A DNA stretch of 64,000 nucleotides, from assembly GCA_963666425.2 (NCBI GenBank), contig OY762825.2, positions 736,001-800,000 on the forward strand. The letters are read 5' to 3'. Source of the stretch: Bacillota bacterium (GTDB lineage: Bacteria; Bacillota; JAAYKD01). The notes beneath the pieces are model-generated. The model ran no database searches. It worked only from the letters and a program-made list of their open reading frames with translations, and was not told the DNA's origin. The position numbers and the translations under genes were made by a program. Below, one piece after another: positions 57,655 to 64,000 of the stretch. The first letter of the stretch is position 1. Each line of letters opens with the position of its first letter.

Positions 57655-59175
57655 TTATTGCAGCCATTCGCCGTTCAATAAATCCTTGGCGTCCCGTGTC
57701 AGCGGAATTAAATCCTGCCGGTTCAGATAAGCGAGATCGAATTTGCGGTTGAGGGCGGCAAAATGCTTTACACCAAAAGCAATTTTATTCAGGTAGGAGA
57801 AGACACCGATGGCACCCGGAGAAAAATCATCGGCTTTTTTGCCGTAAATCGCCCGCAGATCGGCTAAGTCACCGTAAATTTCTTCGATCGTGCTGCCGTA
57901 TTTCTTGAATTGATTGGGAACTTTGCCTTCCTTGATCTGCGCTCCGATTTTCTTACCCATCATGGCAGCAGCCATCGAGGCACGGCAGATGCCAATGGCA
58001 GTAACCATACCATTGCCCAAAGCCAAAGACTTAAATACCTGATCTTCGGAAGCAAATCCTCCCGTGATCGCAATAGCAGGCAGCCAGTCCACTTCTTTTT
58101 TCAAGCTCTCCACAATGGAACAAATTTTCTCTTCCATCACAACGGTAGGATAACCCCATTCGTTCATCATTTTGTTGGGGCTGTAGCCGCTGCCGCCGCC
58201 TGCACCATCAAAGGTGATCAGATCGACTTTGGCTTTGCTGCCGATCAACAAGACCTGCTTCAGATCTTGCGGATCGTAACCTGCCATTTTAAAGTAGATA
58301 TTCTTGGCGCCCATAGCTCTTAATTCGGCAATCCGCGCTACCAAATACGCTTCATCCCAGAGCGGCAAACGAGAATAGGAATAGAAATTCGGACAGACAC
58401 CTGCCTGAGCCGCCTGTGCCATGGCTGGTGTGCCGGGATCCGGATAGACCAAAACCCCTGCGGCTTGTTTTTTCAGTGCTTCCTCGTAGTTTTTCAGACG
58501 GATCACCGGCTGCGTACCCTTAGCACTTTGACCAAATTTGAACTCGATGGCTTCGGCACCTTCGACTTGGATGGCATATTCCGGCACACCCATCCTGTCA
58601 TCTTCGGTGTTGCACTGCAGAATGATCTGACCATAACCGCGGTCATATTGACGGAAAGCATCCAGCATTTGCTTTAAAGCGGGAAAATGGCTGACCTTAC
58701 CGTCTTTGACCTGCAGCAGCGGATCTTTGTTTCTGGCATCTTCTCCGATGGTGCAGCAGACGCCCGCCATGGCGGCACCGGCAAAATAATCGGGCCAATT
58801 CATTTTGATCAGCGCCGGCAGAATGATTGGCATGGCCAATTTCACCGGGTGGCAGCTGCCGAATTCACGTTCCAATTTGACATGGTAGATATTTGCTTCC
58901 TCAAAAGTTGGATTTGCGCCCTGTGCGCCAAAGACATGCCCGTTGATGTTGAAGTGAGAAAAATCAATGGGATAATCTTTTTCCGAGGCGATTTGATTGG
59001 CGCCGGTATTGGTAGGATAGACGGCCTGCATGCCCAAAACGGCAGCCAGGGCAATCTCGCAGGTGCCGTTGCATTCCTCTGTACAAAAGGAACACATACC
59101 GGACTGGGGAGAGATATGAACGCTGCGATTGCTGGTGTCGTTAAAGGCTGACGATAGCTTTGGTGAATAACTCAT
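57655..59175 (-). CDS. FMN-binding glutamate synthase-family protein (stand-alone)
   Basis: SGMCS.C...C.GTCEI, EKDYP.D.SHFNING, EFKFGQ.AKG, DGAGGG.G.SP, GGFA.EDQVFK.LALG. Confidence 0.85.
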   Translation of the reverse strand: MSYSPKLSSAFNDTSNRSVHISPQSGMCSFCTEECNGTCEIALAAVLGMQAVYPTNTGANQIASEKDYPIDFSHFNINGHVFGAQGANPTFEEANIYHVKLEREFGSCHPVKLAMPIILPALIKMNWPDYFAGAAMAGVCCTIGEDARNKDPLLQVKDGKVSHFPALKQMLDAFRQYDRGYGQIILQCNTEDDRMGVPEYAIQVEGAEAIEFKFGQSAKGTQPVIRLKNYEEALKKQAAGVLVYPDPGTPAMAQAAQAGVCPNFYSYSRLPLWDEAYLVARIAELRAMGAKNIYFKMAGYDPQDLKQVLLIGSKAKVDLITFDGAGGGSGYSPNKMMNEWGYPTVVMEEKICSIVESLKKEVDWLPAIAITGGFASEDQVFKSLALGNGMVTAIGICRASMAAAMMGKKIGAQIKEGKVPNQFKKYGSTIEEIYGDLADLRAIYGKKADDFSPGAIGVFSYLNKIAFGVKHFAALNRKFDLAYLNRQDLIPLTRDAKDLLNGEWLQ

Positions 59176-59331
59176 TGGTGATCCCCCTTTGATTGCTTCG
59201 CATAGTCGGATCGATTGAATTGCGCTTGCTTCGCTGCCTTCTAGTTTTCACTTTTCTGCTGTGTTTTCCTGCTCAATTTAACTGCGAAAGAAAAAAACGC
59301 TTTGAATGCTCTTACAATGAGAAAATGAAAC

Positions 59332-59700
59332 TCACTGCATTCGCTGCTGATAGAGTCCGTCATGAATGTCAGCCAACAAAGTAAGCTTGCCTTCAGCAAA
59401 AGCACTGAGATTATCCTGTAAGGAAGTACCATCAATTTCATAGATCTTAATCTTGGCAGATTGTATCAATTCTGCAGCATTTTTTCCGCAGCGCGGTGTC
59501 AGCAAGGCATCAACTTTTTCGTCCACTACCAGCTGAGCAGCCTTCTTCCCGGCCCCCTCTTGCACAGCTGCGCTGCTGTTGTCTAAAAAGCGACTCTCTT
59601 TGGTTTTGGTATCATAAATCAGAAAATACGGTGTGCGCCCAAAGAGAATACAGATATTTGTGTTCATGTTGCAATCACTCACTGGTATTGCTAATTTCAT
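59332..59700 (-). CDS. NifB/NifX-family (FeMo-co-binding-like) protein
   Basis: MKLAIP, FGR.PYF.IYD, GAG..AAQ, CG.NA. Confidence 0.85.
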   Translation of the reverse strand: MKLAIPVSDCNMNTNICILFGRTPYFLIYDTKTKESRFLDNSSAAVQEGAGKKAAQLVVDEKVDALLTPRCGKNAAELIQSAKIKIYEIDGTSLQDNLSAFAEGKLTLLADIHDGLYQQRMQ

Positions 59701-59819
59701 CGAAAACTCCCCCATTCAATTTGATTTTTTATATAAAGCGTCCTTCGCTGCGAGCTTGACTGGAGACTCTGGTTGATTCCCAAACAAGTTTTTCCCTGTT
59801 GTTATGTTACAGAGGACAA

Positions 59820-60191
59820 TCACACTTCAGTTTTAACGAAATTCCTGCCACAGCGGTTTCTCCGACAGCTGCCGCCTAAACAAGCTTCACCCAAACCATC
59901 GCATAGTCGATATTCGCCGCCTTCGATCAGCAAAACTTTTCCGTTGACCAAAGACTCGGCCAGCTTTCTTCTTGCTTCGGTATAAATTCCCTGCACGGTT
60001 GTGCGGGCAACATTCATTTGAGCGGCACAGGCTTCCTGTGTAAAACCTTCTAAATCAATCAAGCGGATCGTTTCATATTCATCCACGGTCATAATCATCT
60101 GATTTACTGGATCAGAATGGACATCCAACGGTCCATATTTATTGCTGTCCGGCAGGCAGCAGACTTTTCTCCATTTTAGTGGCCTTGGCAT
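59820..60191 (-). CDS. DUF134-family putative DNA-binding protein
   Basis: MPRP.K.R.V, MTVDEYETIRLIDLEG.TQE.CA..M.VARTTVQ.IY..AR.KLA, IEGG.Y. Confidence 0.9.
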   Translation of the reverse strand: MPRPLKWRKVCCLPDSNKYGPLDVHSDPVNQMIMTVDEYETIRLIDLEGFTQEACAAQMNVARTTVQGIYTEARRKLAESLVNGKVLLIEGGEYRLCDGLGEACLGGSCRRNRCGRNFVKTEV

Positions 60192-60407
60192 CGCTGTTTC
60201 ACCTCCCTTTTCAAACTGTACTTTCAATGTTCTGATCTGCATGCGAACGATTTCCTAATGCTTTTCGCTCATTTCCGAGCCGTTCTTCCGCTTGATTTGC
60301 TGCTGCGTTCCTCCTCTGCTTCGAAGAAAATGAATCCGTCTCACAGCTTGGAGAAGCAGCCACGCTCCAACTGCTTTCTTCGATCTTGCTGCAACCGCCT
60401 TCCTTTG

Positions 60408-60465
60408 TTATTGACATATACCATTTATGCTTTGATTATACTCGATTTCCGAACTATGTCAATAA
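60408..60465 (-). promoter_or_regulatory. Promoter (TTGACA-16-TATAAT) bracketed by an 11-bp inverted repeat
   Basis: TTATTGACATA (60408-60418) and TATGTCAATAA (60455-60465). Confidence 0.6.
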
Positions 60466-60598
60466 ACAGGAAGATTTTTTTCAAAAAAAAGCGGAGGAGT
60501 GACTGAACGCCACTTCCCCGCACGGATCAAATTGTTCTGTAAGCACTGCATTTGCTTCGCTTTTACTGTCACCGAATCTTTGGAGATGCTCTCCCTTA

Positions 60599-61357
60599 CT
60601 AATCTGCTAAGACGCGGAACAACAGCATGGCAATAAAACTGACAGTATAACCTAAATTCTCCATATTTTCCTGTGAAACCTTGGCCAATTGCCAATTACT
60701 TGTTTTGCTGTCTAATTGCACAGTTTCCCTTTGAAAAGCTCGTTTGAAGGCTTGTTTGACTCGGTAAGAACGGTAACGTCTGATGCTGCTAAAAAGAAAT
60801 TCCGCCAACGCAATACCCAGCAATGTCAGGTCCGGTATTTTTCGGAAAAGCAGCCAGATAACGCCAAGAAAAAAACTCCATAAAAGAATATTACTCAATT
60901 CTCCCAGGATAAAATCCCTGGCAGGTGACAGGTTTGCACTATATTTCTGATTGCTCGCATAAAAGCGAGCATCATCTGCCATTCCATCAAGGCTCGAAAA
61001 AACAGCATATGTTTTGTTTAAGCCAAAATAAGACCTTTTTTTAGAGTAAACCAAATCCCAGCCATCCGCATAGAATGACTCCAATAAGGAGCTTTCCAAG
61101 ACAGAGGCATCCAGCAGCAAGCGATAGGAACGTTTCTGAGGTCCCAGCTGATCGTAAATCAATACATTTCCCAGTTGATTTACCTCCCGCAAGAGGAAGC
61201 CCTTGCTGCTTTTATCTGCAAGATAAGCCTGCATTTCCGCAAAAAGAAACATATCGAATGGAATCCTTTCCTGAAAAACCGTTGTTTCGATCGGCGTCTC
61301 ACGATGAATCGTTGCCTCTCCGACTGTATCCTCACGGATGAATGTCTGCTTTTCCAT
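60599..61357 (-). CDS. Hypothetical membrane protein (DUF2812-like pattern)
   Basis: E...YL..KS.KGF.L, YRL, .DGWDLV followed by TM helices; GAAGGAG RBS. Confidence 0.65.
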   Translation of the reverse strand: MEKQTFIREDTVGEATIHRETPIETTVFQERIPFDMFLFAEMQAYLADKSSKGFLLREVNQLGNVLIYDQLGPQKRSYRLLLDASVLESSLLESFYADGWDLVYSKKRSYFGLNKTYAVFSSLDGMADDARFYASNQKYSANLSPARDFILGELSNILLWSFFLGVIWLLFRKIPDLTLLGIALAEFLFSSIRRYRSYRVKQAFKRAFQRETVQLDSKTSNWQLAKVSQENMENLGYTVSFIAMLLFRVLAD

Positions 61358-61369
61358 TTTTACTCCTTC

Positions 61370-61499
61370 TGTGCCAAGGGGACGGGGGTGTTGGCACAAA
61401 CAATCTTTTAGTCTTCGCTATTAATCAAAGCTATCAAATTTGTCTTGAGACTAAAAAGCAGCAGAATCTGTGTGCCAACACCCCCGTCCCCTTGGCACA
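61370..61499. repeat. Inverted REP-like doublet (REPIN-like) with a 72-bp spacer
   Basis: 61370-61398 is the exact reverse complement of 61471-61499 (TGTGCCAACACCCCCGTCCCCTTGGCACA); inner IR TTTTAGTCT/AGACTAAAA. Confidence 0.9.
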
Positions 61500-62026
61500 T
61501 AATCGATTCGGCGCAGTTCATAATCCACCGAGGACTGCCAGACACCCAACTGATCCTGCCAGGCATCGCGATTGACCGCCTTTTTTTGAAAACCGATTTT
61601 CTCATAGACATGCTGGGCTCTCGTATTGAGCAGATTTGTATCCAGTAAAATTCGGTCGATGCATGCTGACTGATTCAGCGCTTCATCCAAAAACAAATAA
61701 TCGATCAGCATAGAAAGCAAACGGCTGCCATAACCTTTATTTTGATAGGAAGCATCGCAGATTTTAATCCCGATTTCTGCAGCATGATCCGCAATCCGGT
61801 AACTCATTTCACCAACTCGTGTAGAATCAATTTCAATGATACACAATTGCGACAAGCCATTGGCATTCTTACCGATTTGCTGCAGCGTCCGCTCGATTGT
61901 TTGGCCAAGTCCATTGGGAAATCCGGCATGTGCCATGATTTCACCATCATTCCACCAAGTTGTTAAAATGGCAGCGTCTGTCGCAACAGCGCTGCGGATG
62001 AGTAAATTCTCTTGCTCTATCTTCAT
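61451..62026 (-). CDS. GNAT-family N-acetyltransferase (RimJ/RimL-like)
   Basis: AEIGIKICD.SYQNKGYG, LDTNL.NTRAQHVYEKIGF. Confidence 0.88.
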   Translation of the reverse strand: MKIEQENLLIRSAVATDAAILTTWWNDGEIMAHAGFPNGLGQTIERTLQQIGKNANGLSQLCIIEIDSTRVGEMSYRIADHAAEIGIKICDASYQNKGYGSRLLSMLIDYLFLDEALNQSACIDRILLDTNLLNTRAQHVYEKIGFQKKAVNRDAWQDQLGVWQSSVDYELRRIDYVPRGRGCWHTDSAAF

Positions 62027-62154
62027 CATTGACTCCATCCATTCTCTGAATTGATTGCTTACCTGCTTTTCTGGATTCGAGGAGAAAAAGCCCGCATAGC
62101 CTGATGGATCCAGTATAGCACTGATTCTTTGCGTAGTAAACCCTTCAGTTACCA

Positions 62155-62231
62155 TGTTCCAAGGGGACGGGGGTGTTGGCACAACTTTGTGCCAACACCC
62201 CCGTCCCCTTGGAACACGTCCCCTTGGAACA
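62155..62231. repeat. Perfect inverted REP-like doublet plus a partial tandem copy
   Basis: 62155-62183 and 62188-62216 are exact reverse complements; CGTCCCCTTGGAACA is repeated at 62217-62231. Confidence 0.92.
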
Positions 62232-62930
62232 CTAGGATCCGAGATATGCTTTTTTTACCGCATCACTTTTGGCAAGCTCCGCTCCGCTGCCGCTCAGCCC
62301 GATTTTACCCGATTCCAGGACATAGGCGCGATCGGCAATGCGGAGGGCCATTTCCGCATTCTGTTCGATCAAAAGAATCGTTGTGCCGGAGCGATGCAAT
62401 TCACGAATAATTTCAAAAATCTGACTGACTAAGATCGGCGCCAATCCCATGGAAGGTTCATCCAGCATCAATAGTTTGGGTTGGCTCATCAAGGCGCGCC
62501 CAATCGCCAGCATCTGCTGTTCGCCGCCGGACAGTGTTCCGGCAATCTGATTTCGCCGTTCTTTCAGGCGCGGAAAGCGCTGGTAGATTGCTTCAAAATC
62601 TGATGGGCTGATTTTTTTTTGGTGATAGGCTCCCATCTCCAGATTTTCCTGCACGCTCATGCGCAAAAAAATCCGGCGCCCTTCCGGTACATGCGCCAAA
62701 CCTTTGGTCACTAGCTGATAAGCCTCTGTCCGTCCGATTTCCTGATCAAGAAAGCGGATACTGCCTGTTTTAGAGCGCAGCAGACCGGACACCGTCTTGA
62801 GCACCGTCGATTTGCCTGCTCCGTTCGCCCCAATCAGAGAGACGATTTCTCCAGGTTTCACTTCGAAGGAGACTTGCTTGATTGCGTGGATGCTGCCATA
62901 ATAGACATTCATCTCTTCTACCTTCAGCAT
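62232..62930 (-). CDS. livF: Branched-chain amino acid ABC transporter ATPase
   Basis: GANGAGKST, VPEGRRIF, AGTLSGGEQQMLAIGRALM, LDEPSMGLAP, EQNA. Confidence 0.93.
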   Translation of the reverse strand: MLKVEEMNVYYGSIHAIKQVSFEVKPGEIVSLIGANGAGKSTVLKTVSGLLRSKTGSIRFLDQEIGRTEAYQLVTKGLAHVPEGRRIFLRMSVQENLEMGAYHQKKISPSDFEAIYQRFPRLKERRNQIAGTLSGGEQQMLAIGRALMSQPKLLMLDEPSMGLAPILVSQIFEIIRELHRSGTTILLIEQNAEMALRIADRAYVLESGKIGLSGSGAELAKSDAVKKAYLGS

Positions 62931-63767
62931 TTAGTCCGCCTCCTTTTTCCCCAAGTAAGCTTCAATCACGAGGGGATTCTGCTTGATTTCCTGCGGAGTG
63001 CCTTTGGCAATCAGCTTACCGTAATTCATCACGCAAATTTGCTCGCAAATTCCCATCACCAAGCGCATATCATGTTCGATCAGCAGAATCGCTATCTGAA
63101 ACGTATCCCGTATTTTTTGGATGTTTTGCATCAATTCGGCGGTTTCGGCCGGATTCATGCCCGCTGCCGGTTCATCCAACAAGAGAATTTTCGGTTGTGT
63201 GGCCAACGCCCGAACGATCTCTAAGCGTCTTTGCGCTCCGTAGGGTAAACTGCCGGCAAGGACATGAGCCTTTCCCTGCATTTCAAAAACGCTCAGCAGG
63301 TCATACGCTTGGTCATCTGCTTGTTTTTCGTCCTTGTGATAATGGAAGCCATGCGTTACAGCATCCAGAAAATTCGTCTGCATCCGATTATGCAAGCCAA
63401 TCTTGACATTATCCAACACGGACATCTGGGAAAAGAGACGAATATTCTGAAAGGTGCGGGCAATCCCCAATCGATTGACCTCAGCCGTCGTTTTCCCTGC
63501 CGTATCCAGTTCATCCAAATAAATGTTGCCACGTGTCGGCTGGTAGACATTGGTCAGCAAATTGAATACGGTAGTTTTACCGGCGCCATTCGGACCAATC
63601 AAGCCGGCAATCTCGTTGCTGCCAACGCTGAAGGAAAAATCATGTACTGCGCTTAAGCCACCAAAATCGATGCCTAACTGACAGATCTGTAAAATCGCCT
63701 TGTGATCTGTCTCCCGCTCCCCCGGAAGCTGTTTGCCCGGCAGCGCTACAAGCTGCGCTTTAGTCAT
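62931..63767 (-). CDS. livG: Branched-chain amino acid ABC transporter ATPase
   Basis: FGGL.AV, GPNGAGKTT, ARTFQNIRLF, LPYG.QRRLEI, LDEPAAGMN, EHDM. Confidence 0.93.
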   Translation of the reverse strand: MTKAQLVALPGKQLPGERETDHKAILQICQLGIDFGGLSAVHDFSFSVGSNEIAGLIGPNGAGKTTVFNLLTNVYQPTRGNIYLDELDTAGKTTAEVNRLGIARTFQNIRLFSQMSVLDNVKIGLHNRMQTNFLDAVTHGFHYHKDEKQADDQAYDLLSVFEMQGKAHVLAGSLPYGAQRRLEIVRALATQPKILLLDEPAAGMNPAETAELMQNIQKIRDTFQIAILLIEHDMRLVMGICEQICVMNYGKLIAKGTPQEIKQNPLVIEAYLGKKEAD

Positions 63768-64000
63768 CGAGGAACGCCTCCTTTGGGTTTTGCTTCAGAA
63801 ATCTCATCACCTTACTGCCGATTTTTCGCTTGATTTCACGATATTTGGGGGAAGCATTGAGAATCATCATCACAATCAAAATCAAAGCGTAAAGCAGCAT
63901 GCGATAATCGCTCATAAAGCGCAGCGCTTCCGGCAGAACCGTTAACAGAGCAGCGGCAATCATGGAGCCGCGAACGCTGCCCATCCCGCCCAGCACGACA
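63760..64000 (-). CDS. livM: Branched-chain amino acid ABC transporter permease, 3' part (5' end outside the window)
   Basis: VLGGMGS..GS..AA.LLTVLPE.LR...YRML.Y. Confidence 0.85.
   Translation of the reverse strand, partial: VVLGGMGSVRGSMIAAALLTVLPEALRFMSDYRMLLYALILIVMMILNASPKYREIKRKIGSKVMRFLKQNPKEAFLDD

Noticed and set aside
59176-59331. ANTAR dual-hairpin leader before the glutamate-synthase-like gene
   Set aside because: GCGAAGCAA occurs twice, but neither the paired hairpins nor an overlapping terminator could be drawn.
62027-62182. N-terminal extension of the GNAT ORF (MPTPPSPWN...) and similar repeat-derived ORFs at 11718, 61342-61648 and 62129-62432
   Set aside because: These are translations of the REP-like repeat; the GNAT has a GGAG RBS before MMKIEQ.
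61370-62231. CRISPR array interpretation of the 29-bp repeats
   Set aside because: Copies are inverted or separated by 4-5 nt or by whole genes; there are no regular 30-40 nt spacers and no cas genes.
1-64000. Numerous short antisense or overlapping ORFs in the track; tRNA and rRNA genes
   Set aside because: The short ORFs are shadows of well-supported genes; no tRNA cloverleaf or rRNA signature was recognised.

Overview
A 64-kb chromosomal segment from an anaerobic Bacillota (Clostridia-like) bacterium. The taxon is inferred from SigA-type promoters, CIRCE, PyrR and M-box leaders, a trimeric [FeFe]-hydrogenase and a copper-amine-oxidase-N 'stalk' domain protein. The left ~3.6 kb is AT-richer and accessory: a partial hypothetical gene, a decayed integrase/ExeA-ATPase element, an XRE regulator and an IS110 remnant. 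The rest is mostly housekeeping and metabolic. It includes M-box-controlled mgtE-like/Nramp genes, perR-rubredoxin-rubrerythrin, mtnN, a CCA enzyme, pyrB-pyrC-carA-carB-pyrK-pyrD, hydCBA, an RCC1-repeat surface protein, LysR/purA, two D-aminoacylases with an M14 peptidase, CIRCE-htpG, TPP-riboswitch cytX-thiM-thiE-thiD and livMGF. Three observations stand out. (1) An OsmC-like gene (39128-39496) has an in-frame UGA at its catalytic Cys position followed by a SECIS-like hairpin, so it is a probable selenoprotein missed by the ORF track. (2) A family of ~29-bp palindromic REP-like repeats (6 full copies and 1 partial) forms tandem and inverted doublets, brackets small accessory genes and supplies the C-termini of two proteins. 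(3) There are structured non-coding segments in the IS110 3' end and in the M-box leader. No rRNA, tRNA or CRISPR array was recognised. All calls are by-eye motif recognition; no database searches were run.
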